Positions 52,892 to 62,910 of a stretch of 64,000 bases of DNA are shown piece after piece. The position numbers were made by a program, and so were the translations under genes. Where the stretch lies: positions 2,848,001 through 2,912,000 of the forward strand of contig OZ245056.1 of NCBI GenBank assembly GCA_965224705.1. The letters are read 5' to 3'. The stretch comes from Spirochaetaceae bacterium (GTDB taxonomy: Bacteria > Spirochaetota > Spirochaetia > DSM-2461). The notes beneath the pieces were generated by a model. It was not told where the DNA came from and made no database searches. It saw only the letters and a list, made by a program, of their open reading frames with translations. Numbering within the stretch: position 1 is the stretch's first letter; the number at the start of each line of letters is the position of its first letter.

Positions 52892-54349
52892 TCACTCCAC
52901 GATACGCAACTCACCCGTCGCGAAATCCTCGAATATCTCATAACCGGGCCAGTTCCACTCCCACTCCAGATACATATTGTCAATCTCCTCCATACGTCTG
53001 ATGACTGCATCCATCGCCGCCTCATTCTCCTGCGATGAACCGGCACCGTATTCAATGCCCCTTCGCTCCATCTCTCCCTGTGCATTGAAGGTATAAAATA
53101 CCGTGGCAATCCTCTCTCCTTCAGGACCCCAATAGTATTCGTAGACTGTCTGCTGATCATAATCGGAAGCCTCGGTCCTGATCATTCTGGCAAGCATGAT
53201 TCCCTGAAATTCGGGATAGTAATAGACAGCCGAACCCTCCAGGAATCTCAGCCCTGAATTCTCCCACTCTTGCGGTAGAGGAGTGACTTTGGCTGTATAA
53301 CCATCGGGGTAGAGGATAACCTCCGTACCGGCCTGAACCGAATAGGCCGCCGAGAAAACAAAATCCTCTGCCGCCACAAAGCGCCGGATATTTCCATCTT
53401 CAAAATAGAGTCTTTCTCCGCCTTTAACGGCTATACGGCCTCCCCAGAATGAGATTGTGAAGTCATTGACAGCCGTAATGAACTTGTACTCAGTCTCTTC
53501 GGAGTCCTGATAATTTACCGCACTTCCCCCCTGAAGCGCATTATTCGGTCCCCTCGGATAATCTGAGTCCAGTATAATGTGTTGCGTCTGGCCATTCTCG
53601 AAGTAATAGATTTCAGTAAATGGTTTAACCCTGGCTTTCTTAACTACATAGCCCCGATCTGATGCAGTCAGACGTGCCGCATAGCCGTCCTCATACCAAT
53701 AAAACGGATAGCTGCGGGCCGCGTACTCCAATACATGGGAATCTGTTTTTTTATTGAGAACCGCATAGGCAGGAAGACCGTTCTCATAGAAATAAATGGG
53801 GGAATCAAAATAAAATATTCCTTCAATTGGAACCAACACTCTCACCGGGCGGTCGGAAAGAATCCGTTTGAAGTTGCCATTCTCCCAAAAAAGCAGCTCT
53901 GAACCGGAGGGAACAACCACTTTCTGATTTCCGCTGGAAACGAAGTCCTCTGCTAACACAGCCTTTTTCAAATGATTGTTGCGATGGAATTCCGCTCTAT
54001 GATTACCCTTGAGAGAGAACGTTATATCATTAATGATATAAAACCAATCGTTCTTGAAAGTAATACTCTTCAATTGACCGCCCGCATACACTTCAATGAT
54101 TTCACCGGTCTCAACCGCAAAAATACCATACCGTATTGGATGCAGAAGCATGTAACGCCGGTAACCGTCCTTTTCCTCAAGCAGCCGGGCGTTCACAGGG
54201 TTCCGGACTTCCCTGACGAGAAAATCAATCATCCTTGATACTTCAGTGACCTGTGAAAATCTACTGAAAAGATCATTCTCGTCAGTTACTGTCCGGCAAC
54301 TGACGAGAATACTTAGCAGAACAAAAGCCCATACATTTCGGGGTTTCAT
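52892..54349 (-). CDS. lipoprotein with MORN/YwqK-like repeats, putative immunity protein
   Basis: Lipobox ILVSC; repeated F/Y-x-ENG units; starts right after the reconstructed toxin-tip stop. Confidence 0.7.
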   Translation of the reverse strand: MKPRNVWAFVLLSILVSCRTVTDENDLFSRFSQVTEVSRMIDFLVREVRNPVNARLLEEKDGYRRYMLLHPIRYGIFAVETGEIIEVYAGGQLKSITFKNDWFYIINDITFSLKGNHRAEFHRNNHLKKAVLAEDFVSSGNQKVVVPSGSELLFWENGNFKRILSDRPVRVLVPIEGIFYFDSPIYFYENGLPAYAVLNKKTDSHVLEYAARSYPFYWYEDGYAARLTASDRGYVVKKARVKPFTEIYYFENGQTQHIILDSDYPRGPNNALQGGSAVNYQDSEETEYKFITAVNDFTISFWGGRIAVKGGERLYFEDGNIRRFVAAEDFVFSAAYSVQAGTEVILYPDGYTAKVTPLPQEWENSGLRFLEGSAVYYYPEFQGIMLARMIRTEASDYDQQTVYEYYWGPEGERIATVFYTFNAQGEMERRGIEYGAGSSQENEAAMDAVIRRMEEIDNMYLEWEWNWPGYEIFEDFATGELRIVE

Positions 54350-54409
54350 AGCATTACCGCCTTACAGTTATCTGAACACTGACTTTGATCTTCGGATCGC
54401 CGGGACTAA

Positions 54410-56093
54410 CCCCTATTTCTCACCAAGACCTTGAGACAAAGCAGGCTTCCCATGCTAAAATATTTATATGAAAAAAAATAACAAACAAAAAGAAGCCCGC
54501 TTTGCTAATACAGAGTGTAAAGCCCATCAGCTCGAATTGCAAGGGATGGAAATCGGAAAATCCCGCAAAATCATTGTAAAGAATGACGGCAAGGTCAACA
54601 GTTCCGATGCCGGATTTCTTCTCCTCCAGCAGGTTGAGCAGAAGCACAGAATTATTGAAAAGCTGTCAGATTTTTTCGCCGATAAAAGAGATCAGGAAAA
54701 AATTACACATAGCCTGACTACTCTTCTGAAACAGAGAATCTTCGGAATCTGTCAGGGCTATGAAGATCTCAATGATCATGAACGATTGCGCGATGATCCG
54801 CTGCTTCAATATATATGCGGGCGGGATGATAAAACGCCAGTTGCCGGAAAAAGCACCCTGAACAGATTGGAACTCGGCCATGAGCTGGATGAAAAAACCA
54901 GGGACCGGTACAGCAAAATCACCTGGAATGCCAGGGGGATTGAAGAGCTTCTCTGTCAACTGTTTCTTGAGAGTTTCGAGGAGCCGCCGGAAACCCTGAT
55001 TCTGGATTTTGATGCCACCGATATTCCCATCCACGGCGAGCAGCAGCAGCGGTTTTTTCACGGATATTACGATCACTACTGCTACCTTCCGCTCTATGTG
55101 TTCTGTGATGATTTTCCCCTGATCGCCCGGCTGCGGCCGTCCAGCCTGGATGCCTGTGAGGGTACCGAAGAGATTCTGGTCAAGCTGGTTGGCGCGATCA
55201 GGGCCAGATTTCCTGATGTCCGTATCATTTTCCGTGGAGACTCGGGCTTCTGCCGTGAGAGTATCCTGAAGCAGTGTGAGATATTGAAAATCAGATATAT
55301 CACCGGTATGGCAGGAAATACACGGCTGCTGAAGAAGATTGATCCGCAGATGGTTGAGGCTGAAAAGCTCTTCGGTAAAAGCAAAGAAGCCGAACGTGTT
55401 TTTACCCGTTTTTCCTGGAAGACCGAAAGCAGCTGGAGTCGCAATCGGGATGTCATTGCCAGGGTGGAACATCTGCCGGGCAAGAAAAATCCCCGCTTTA
55501 TTGTGACGGACATTTCTGCTGAAGAAGGGGATGCCCAATCGCTGTATGAAGATGTCTACTGTGCACGCGGCGATATGGAGAATCGCATCAAAGAACAGCA
55601 GCTTTATCTGTTTGCCGACCGCACCTCCACCTGGTGGATGAGTTCGAATCAGCTTCGATTGTATTTCTCGACAATCGCCTATATTTTCTTTGTCCATCTT
55701 CGAAGAACAATTCTGCAGGTCAGCGGTGATGAAACTCGAAGCATGTCCTCTACAATCCGATTAAGGATGCTTAAAGTTTCGGCCGCTGTAAAGATTACGG
55801 TTCGCCGAGTCTGGATCAGTCTTCCTGAGAGTTTTCCCTGGTGGGACATCTGGATACGAACATCCCGGGCCATCTGAGCGGTAATAAAAACAGTTGATAG
55901 TTCTCATCTGGATTCCCTGGGAAAGCTGTGCACCGAGGGTTGAAAAAATGCAAAAAAATCAGAAGAAATCGACTTAAATTGGACGGAAATAACAAGGATC
56001 AATCAACTGAAAACTTTTTGTTTGATATATTAGCGGAGAGAACAGAAATCCTCCAGGATTTTTATGCCGTTTTATTTTGGTGAGAAATAGGGG
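54410..56093 (+). mobile_element. IS1380-family element, copy 1 (intact)
   Basis: TIR CCCCTATTTCTCACCA; 4-bp TSD CTAA (54406-54409, 56094-56097). Confidence 0.93.
54468..55877 (+). CDS. IS1380 transposase
   Basis: SSDAG.LLL, GYEDLND...LR.DP, LDFDATD, FHGYY..YCYLPL, RGDSGF, Y.ARGDMENRIKE. Confidence 0.93.
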   Translation: MKKNNKQKEARFANTECKAHQLELQGMEIGKSRKIIVKNDGKVNSSDAGFLLLQQVEQKHRIIEKLSDFFADKRDQEKITHSLTTLLKQRIFGICQGYEDLNDHERLRDDPLLQYICGRDDKTPVAGKSTLNRLELGHELDEKTRDRYSKITWNARGIEELLCQLFLESFEEPPETLILDFDATDIPIHGEQQQRFFHGYYDHYCYLPLYVFCDDFPLIARLRPSSLDACEGTEEILVKLVGAIRARFPDVRIIFRGDSGFCRESILKQCEILKIRYITGMAGNTRLLKKIDPQMVEAEKLFGKSKEAERVFTRFSWKTESSWSRNRDVIARVEHLPGKKNPRFIVTDISAEEGDAQSLYEDVYCARGDMENRIKEQQLYLFADRTSTWWMSSNQLRLYFSTIAYIFFVHLRRTILQVSGDETRSMSSTIRLRMLKVSAAVKITVRRVWISLPESFPWWDIWIRTSRAI

Positions 56094-57505
56094 CTAACAC
56101 GCACTTCCCACGGTTTTGCGGTAAGAGTCACGAAATCGGTCACTTGGGCGGTAAGTGTGAATCTGCCATTCTCTCCAAACGGCGCACCGAGAGTTCCCGT
56201 AACCGTGGGCCCGATACTGAGTTCGCTGTCCAAACTGAAATTCGCTGTAAGACTTGTAGCAAGATAGAAGGAAGTCTTTTGGGGATCGGCATATGAAACG
56301 GTGAATCTATCCCAATCGATTTTTTTTTCTGAGACCAGAACCCAATGGACCAACAGGATCAACTGGAGTATCATCAGGATCATCATCCAAGTCACTAGCA
56401 GTTGGTGAAGGGAGTGAAGGGGGTGAGGGGGGGGGGGGGGGAAGCCGAAGGCACCTTGAGACCAATTCGTTGGGAAATTCGTTGCCTGTGGTAGATAAGG
56501 GGCTCCCTTCCACTCACCGTCAGCCTCACTGTCGTCTGGCGCAGCCCCATCCTCCGCACTCAACCCCCAAGGATCAACATAATTCACCGGATCATTCCCC
56601 GTATACACATACCAGTTCATCCCATCCCGAATCGGATCAACCGTCGTAAACCGTCCCAATTCAGGCCGGTAATCTCTGTACCCGTAGTTATACAGCCCCG
56701 TAAGCGGATCAAAAGGCTTCCCAACATACCCCCTCCGGTCGGTTTCAATGCTTGCTTCTAAAGGGGAGCCAAACACATCGTAATCGTATGAATCTTCCAG
56801 CTGACCCGAAACGGTAAAGGCCGCCTGGACCGTCCCATGAAAGTCTCCAGTGTAATAACTCTGATTCCCCCCGCCGTCTATCTCAGCCAAAGCACGGCTT
56901 CCGGCGATCAGAAAACTCCGGCTCCGATGGCCGCTGACCGCCGGTCTCACATCCGGTTCGCAGCGTCGGTAGCGGGTGGGGGCGGCGTTGTTAAGAGCAT
57001 CCACCCGAAGATCATTTTCCAGCTGCATGGGGATGGTGCCGATTTGGGTTCGCTCTTCCATGGGATTCAAGCCGATAGCCGCCGCTAAAATGCGCCCTTT
57101 GCGTTCCAGGCGGGGCTATCTCTTTCCAAACCGCCAGAACTTCGGCATCACCGCTGTTTTTCAGGGTGCGAAACTGATTCAAAGCCCCCTCGCCCGGTGA
57201 AAAATAGTAGGCGCTGCTTAAATCGGGGTCATAAAGTTCCGGATAGACTTTTGATTTATCGCTGACCAATTTCATAATATCGGCTTTCAGTGTAACTTCG
57301 CCGGGGTCGGAGTTCAACAGGTATTGGATAAAAGAATCCCCTCCGGGGGAACGCTGCTGCGGGAAAAGCCCCGCATCCAGACGATCTCTGTAGCTTTTTA
57401 TGAGAATCTCATCCGAAAAGGGGTAGCTGACACGGGCCAGACGGTCCATATCGTCGTACTCGAATTCCCCGGTTCATCACATCGCATTCAAATCGGGTAT
57501 CCTGA
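56094..57505 (-). pseudogene. Rhs module: short YD fragment + core + beta-rich tip, 3' end displaced by IS1380
   Basis: Core ending DPVNYVDPWGL; same deletion junction as ~38775; removing the IS restores VRVSPGDPKIKVSVQITVRR* ending at ~54354. Confidence 0.85.
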
Positions 57506-57508
57506 TTA

Positions 57509-58009
57509 TTAAAAATTCTGGTTCAAATACATCCATAAAATACGATCATTTTTTTCTGGGTAATCATTGGAACTATTCTTTATATCAAACACGAGAATCC
57601 ACTTTGATGGTAACTCAATAGTATATCCCCATCCATAAACTTTTTTTACGTCAAAATTTTTATTCAATACAACCTCTTCAAATGTCATTCCAACATGATA
57701 ACCTTCAGGGGTATAGAAAGTAATATCATTCGTTGAGATATGTTTAATAATGAAATTATCATCAACTCCAACAGTAAATATCTTATTTTCTACAAATATA
57801 GTATATCCATTCAGCATGGAACTTGGAGAAGTCAATATAACTTTCTTCTTCTTTATTTCAAATTGACTTATATCAAAAAAAGCTTCAATTGCAATACTAT
57901 TCATATTTAGTATTCCCTCTCCATTCGATAGCAAGATCATATCTTCAGTAAAACCAAGTAAACAAACACATAATAAAAAATGAAATAAAAAAACTTTCTT
58001 TAACATCAC
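57509..58009 (-). CDS. AT-rich exported protein, orphan immunity candidate
   Basis: Signal peptide; FYTPEGYHVGMTF motif; sits between an IS1380 and an Rhs fragment. Confidence 0.6.
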   Translation of the reverse strand: MMLKKVFLFHFLLCVCLLGFTEDMILLSNGEGILNMNSIAIEAFFDISQFEIKKKKVILTSPSSMLNGYTIFVENKIFTVGVDDNFIIKHISTNDITFYTPEGYHVGMTFEEVVLNKNFDVKKVYGWGYTIELPSKWILVFDIKNSSNDYPEKNDRILWMYLNQNF

Positions 58010-58043
58010 TAATCTTCACACCCCGAGTAGTATTCTACATTAG

Positions 58044-59726
58044 CCCCTATTTCTCACCAAGACCTTGAGACAAAGCAGGCTTCCCATGCTAAAATATTTA
58101 TATGAAAAAAAATAACAAACGAAAAGAAGCCCGCTTTGCTAATACAGAGTGTAAAGCCCATCAGCTCGAATTGCAAGGGATGGAAATCGGAAAATCCCGC
58201 AAAATCATTGTAAAGAATGACGGCAAGGTCAACAGTTCCGATGCCGGATTTCTTCTCCTCCAGCAGGTTGAGCAGAAGCACAGAATTATTGAAAAGCTGT
58301 CAGATTTTTTCACCGATAAAAGAGATCAGGAAAAAATTACACATAGCCTGGCTACTCTTCTGAAACAGAGAATCTTCGGAATCTGTCAGGGCTATGAAGA
58401 TCTCAATGATCATGAACGATTGCGCGATGATCCGCTGCTTCAGTATATATGCGGGCGGGATGATAAAACGCCAGTTGCCGGAAAAAGCACCCTGAACAGA
58501 TTGGAACTCGGCCATGAACTGGATGAAAAAACCAGGGACCGGTACAGCAAAATCACCTGGAATGCCAGGGGGATTGAAGAGCTTCTCTGTCAACTGTTTC
58601 TTGAGAGTTTCGAGGAGCCGCCGGAAACCCTGATTCTGGATTTTGATGCCACCGACATTCCCATCCACGGCGAGCAGCAGCAGCGGTTTTTTCACGGATA
58701 TTACGATCACTACTGCTACCTTCCGCTCTACGTGTTCTGTGATGATTTTCCCCTGATCGCCCGGCTGCGGCCGTCCAGCCTGGATGCCTGTGAGGGTACC
58801 GAAGAGATTCTGGTCAAGCTGGTTGGCGCGATCAGGGCCAGATTTCCTGATGTCCGTATCATTTTCCGTGGAGACTCGGGCTTCTGCCGTGAGAGTATCC
58901 TGAAGCAGTGTGAGATATTGAAAATCAGATATATCACCGGTATGGCAGGAAATACACGGCTGCTGAAGAAGATTGATCCGCAGATGGTTGAGGCTGAAAA
59001 GCTCTTCGGTAAAAGCGGAGAAGCCGAACGTGTTTTTACCCGTTTTTCCTGGAAGACCGAAAGCAGCTGGAGTCGCAATCGGGATGTCATTGCCAGGGCG
59101 GAACATCTGCCGGGCAAGAAAAATCCCCGCTTTATTGTGACGGACATTTCTGTTGAAGAAGGGGATGCCCAATCGCTGTATGAAGATGTCTACTGTGCAC
59201 GCGGCGATATGAAAATCGCATCAAAGAACAGCAGCTTTATCTGTTTGCCGACCGCACCTCCTCCTGGTGGATGAGTTCGAATCAGCTCCGATTGTACTTT
59301 TCGACAATCGCCTATATATTCTTTGTCCATCTTCGAAGAACAATTCTGCAGGTCAGCGGTGATGAAACCCGAAGCATGTCCTCTACAATCCGATTAAGGA
59401 TGCTTAAAGTTTCGGCCGTTGTAAAGATGACGGTTCGCCGAGTCTGGATCAGTCTTCCGGAGAGTTTTCCCTGGTGGGACATCTGGATACGGACAGCCCG
59501 GGCCATCTGAGCGGTAATAAAAGCAGCTGATAGTTCTCATCTGGATTCCCCGGGAAAGGTGTGCACCGAGGGTTGAAAAAACGGAAGAAAATCAGAAGAA
59601 ATCGACTTAAATTGGACGGAAATAACAAGGAACAATCAACTGGAAACTTTTTGTTTGATATATTAGCGGAGAGAACAGAAATCCTCCAGGATTTTTATGC
59701 AGTTTTATGTTGGTGAGAAATAGGGG
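58044..59726 (+). mobile_element. IS1380-family element, copy 2 (frameshifted transposase 58102-59510)
   Basis: Same TIRs; 1-nt loss at ~59210 (GATATGAAAATC vs GATATGGAGAATC); flanks TTAG/ATAG do not match. Confidence 0.92.
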
Positions 59727-59753
59727 ATAGGGGTTAACGGCGGCTTTTAAGGT

Positions 59754-59814
59754 GAGCCTTCGGCTCCTCTTCCACCATGCCGCTACTGCGGCGGATAAGC
59801 ATTCCGTGCTTATC
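59754..59814 (-). other. three short hairpins downstream of the candidate DGR variable region
   Basis: Minus strand: GATAAGCA-CGGAA-TGCTTATC, GCCGC-AGTA-GCGGC, GAGCC-GAA-GGCTC. Confidence 0.55.
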
Positions 59815-59836
59815 TCAAAAGGTAAAAACCAAAAAT

Positions 59837-61657
59837 TTACATCCTCCGAACAGGGCGGAAGCCGAAGTTGCGGTAGCTAATGCCAGGCGAACTGTCGTTG
59901 CGATAGGCAGACCGCAAGTACCCGCCGCGGCGGTTCCAGCTACCGCCGCGTAGCACGCGGAACGACCCGTTAGACGGCCCCCTGGGGTCTCTCTGCCTGC
60001 TGCTTGAATAATCTCCATACCAATCCCAGCACCACTCATACACATTCCCGCTCATGTCATACAGTCCCAGTTCATTGGCCTGCTTCTGCCCCACTGGGTG
60101 GGTTTGACCTCCAGAGTTATCATCATACCAACTCACACTGCCCAACGAATTGCCCCCAGAATACTTGTAGCCCCGGGATTTCTTTCCTCCCCGGGCCGCA
60201 TACTCCCACTCGGCTTCCGTCGGCAAGCGATAACCATCCGCACTCCAGTTCGCCGTTACACTGTTTCCGTTTATTTGGTACACCGGTGTTCGTCCCTCCT
60301 TCTTGCTTAACCAATTGCAGTACTCCACCGCTCCATACCAGGTTTGCTCTATCACCGGGGTATTCAGCGATGCGGCATACGAGGAACCGGTGAACTTAAA
60401 TCGTCCACCTGAATAGTCTATGGCTACATCCTCATCATCCATATCAATAATCTCATTGCCGTTAAGTTCCCCTGTTCGGGATACTCCGGCTGAATTCAGA
60501 AATGTCAGAAATTCCTGATGCGTTACCTCGGTAGCCTTCATATAAAACGATCCCACCGTTACGCTGTGCTGCGGCCCTTCATCATCATCCCTGGACACTT
60601 CATTTGACGGGCTCCCCATCCGAAACGTGCCCCCTTCCACCAGCACATAACCCTCAAGCCCGTCAGGCCGCTCCACCCAGCTAAAGGCCACGGCCAGAAA
60701 GCGGTTTACCTGTACCGTGATGGTTTTGCTTTCGCTTTTGCCCCCATAGCGCATCTCCAGGTTATGCCGACCGGCGGGGATGTCGGTGAGTTTGGCCCTG
60801 GAACCGGTTGGAATCCGGCCCATGGATTTTCCATCCAGGTACAGGGTGCCCGGTGTTTGAACTGATACCTCCAGGCTGCCGTAGCTCTTCTCCAGGCTGA
60901 ACGACGGGGTATTGGGGCGGGCAGATGGGGACCCCGAGACTCCGGCCAGGTAGATGTCGGTTTCCAGCATGCTGTATTCGCCGGGACGCTGGCGGTTTCC
61001 CGATGCCTGCCGCACATCACGGCGGGTGTTCATCAGAATGTCGGTGAGGCTCATTCCCGGACGGGTGAGGTACTTGAGCAGGGTGGGAGTGAACAGGCCG
61101 TCCTGGGCGGTTTCTCCGGCATCCGCCGCGTAGACGACGATGCTGTTGGGCGGCGCGTCCACACGGGCCAGGCCGCGGGCCGCGCTGCGGCCAAAGGGGC
61201 TTTCACGGCAGGCATCCAGTATCACGATGTTGGCATCGGCCCGAGCGGATGCCATCGCCGATACCACATCGGCCACGTTGATGCCCCGGGTTCGAGCCTG
61301 CCCTTCATCAGGAATGTCGCGCTCGGTGGGCAGCAGATAGTTCTGTCCGCCCACCTGCACGCCGTGGCCGCCGTAGTGGAACAGGGCAATGCCGCCTCTG
61401 GCCTTTATCTCTTCTTCAAACATGGCGAACAGGGCATCAAACCGTTCCTGGTTCTGCACGTTGTAGGCCCGTATTACCTTGAAACCGATGTTTTCCAGGG
61501 CCGCGGCCATTTTTTCGGCCTCGGGCACCGGGTTGGCCAGCGCGGCAAAGTTGTTCTTATAATTGCCGTTGCCGATGACAAGGGCTGTTTTGTTCTGGGC
61601 CAGCAGCATCATGGCTGTTATGGTAAGGGCCGCAAGTAGAAGGATGCGTCTTTTCAT
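59837..61657 (-). CDS. secreted caspase-like (C14) + PEGA + FGE-sulfatase/CLec protein; candidate DGR target
   Basis: ATG 61657 behind AAAGGAG; signal peptide; ALVIGN, HYGGHG, ILDACR; PEGA; FRMGS, RLPTEAEWEYAARGG, NELGLYDMSGNVYEW, RVLRGGSW...GFR. Confidence 0.9.
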   Translation of the reverse strand: MKRRILLLAALTITAMMLLAQNKTALVIGNGNYKNNFAALANPVPEAEKMAAALENIGFKVIRAYNVQNQERFDALFAMFEEEIKARGGIALFHYGGHGVQVGGQNYLLPTERDIPDEGQARTRGINVADVVSAMASARADANIVILDACRESPFGRSAARGLARVDAPPNSIVVYAADAGETAQDGLFTPTLLKYLTRPGMSLTDILMNTRRDVRQASGNRQRPGEYSMLETDIYLAGVSGSPSARPNTPSFSLEKSYGSLEVSVQTPGTLYLDGKSMGRIPTGSRAKLTDIPAGRHNLEMRYGGKSESKTITVQVNRFLAVAFSWVERPDGLEGYVLVEGGTFRMGSPSNEVSRDDDEGPQHSVTVGSFYMKATEVTHQEFLTFLNSAGVSRTGELNGNEIIDMDDEDVAIDYSGGRFKFTGSSYAASLNTPVIEQTWYGAVEYCNWLSKKEGRTPVYQINGNSVTANWSADGYRLPTEAEWEYAARGGKKSRGYKYSGGNSLGSVSWYDDNSGGQTHPVGQKQANELGLYDMSGNVYEWCWDWYGDYSSSRQRDPRGPSNGSFRVLRGGSWNRRGGYLRSAYRNDSSPGISYRNFGFRPVRRM

Positions 61658-61724
61658 TTCAAGGCTCCTTTTTCTGTATGGAGGTGATTTTATTCGATTT
61701 TTTCGGGGGGACACAAGAAAAAAG

Positions 61725-62910
61725 TTATGAATCATAAAAAACCGCCAGTTCCCTGCCCTTAAACCCTGCCCCCAGAACAAGCAGGCGCTCAGGATGCCAC
61801 TTTTCTCTGACCCCGTCCAGATATTTTTCTACCGCCTGGGTATGGGCTTCACGGGCTAAATCTTCCAGGGCTTTGCCGTTCTTCGCTGTTCCATGTTTGA
61901 ATTCCAAAAGAACGGCTTCCTCGGCCTGGGCCGGATTGTTTCCCTTCTTGACAACCACGATGTCCGGACGGCCCTCACCGTATTCCCGATTGCTCTCAAC
62001 GGGCTTAAGTCAGAATTATCGGGGCTTAAGTCAGGACGAAGGATTTGGTTTGCAGACAAGGCGGAAAAGCCGCTTAAAAGCGCAGTGTATGCTTATACAT
62101 GAGCATTTTAAGCGGCTTTTTCAACGCCGTATGCGGGCCAAAGACGAGTTCTGACTTAAGCCCCGGCTCAGGCAGGCCAGAAGACCCAGTACCAGGCCGT
62201 GGTAGAAGTTTTCCCGTCTGGATTCCTCGTCTTCCCCCTCCTCTTTACTCCTGGCCGTATCATGGTAGCTGGCCAAACCGCGAAAAATGCGGGAAAGTCT
62301 CCGTTCTATGTGCCTGGGACTGGCTTCCTGGATGCCGATAACGAAGTCCGTGAAGTGTCGTTTATCTTTATGTCTTCTTTAAGCCAGCGGGAAATAACGG
62401 TAATCCAGGCGGTTTCCACTTCCAGGTTGGGAATGGCGAGCCGCCATGTTATGAGCCTGTGTTCCTGCTACCTTTCGGAGGCCTTCAGGTAGCCGCTGTG
62501 GAGAAGAAAGCTCCATACTACTTCCGGATCGCTTTCTATCTGGGGGTAGGGAATGTTGGTCAACAGGGGTTTGCGGACTTCTTCCTTCCGCAGGAGTTTT
62601 TCTATGGTCATTTTGGCTTCCCGGCGGTCTAATTTGATGACATCCTTGATTAGCCTGTTGTCGCTGGTGCCTATCCAGTGGGGCATCAACTCTTCCTCGG
62701 GTGAGCGCAGATAGTTGACGATGCTCCAGGGGTTGTAGATGACGGTGTCCCCGCCGAAGAGGTAGCCGTTGTACCATTCCTTGATTCCGTCCATTTCGTC
62801 TTCCAGTCTGAAGTAGGCGGCCATTGCCTCCACTTCCTCTTCAGTGAAACCAAAGCAGTCCTTCATGGCCGAAGAAAGGATGGTGGAGACCCTGGGATTG
62901 TTAAAGTCGC
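61725..62910 (-). pseudogene. AAA-ATPase-like + PD-(D/E)XK nuclease (PF09820/PF08011 type), truncated and interrupted
   Basis: FGFTEEEV, WYNGY.F, YNPWS, LLHSGYL, IPNLEV, ENFYHGLVLGLL, SNREYGEGRPDI, LEFK; stop at 62468, MITE at 62001, 5' end removed at the IS. Confidence 0.88.
62001..62163. mobile_element. palindromic MITE
   Basis: TIR GGGCTTAAGTCAGAA/TTCTGACTTAAGCCC; inner 15-bp stem AAAAGCCGCTTAAAA/TTTTAAGCGGCTTTT; interrupts the nuclease gene. Confidence 0.8.

Noticed and set aside
52760..53160. N-terminal part of the 377-aa ORF 52027-53160
   Set aside because: Overlaps the lipoprotein gene in another frame; only the YD part is credible.
54666..55697. 343-aa minus-strand ORF (and 58300-59172)
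   Set aside because: Antisense shadows of the IS1380 transposases.
61658..61780. N-terminal extension of the caspase-FGE ORF
   Set aside because: RBS and signal peptide point to ATG 61657; the extension overlaps the upstream pseudogene.
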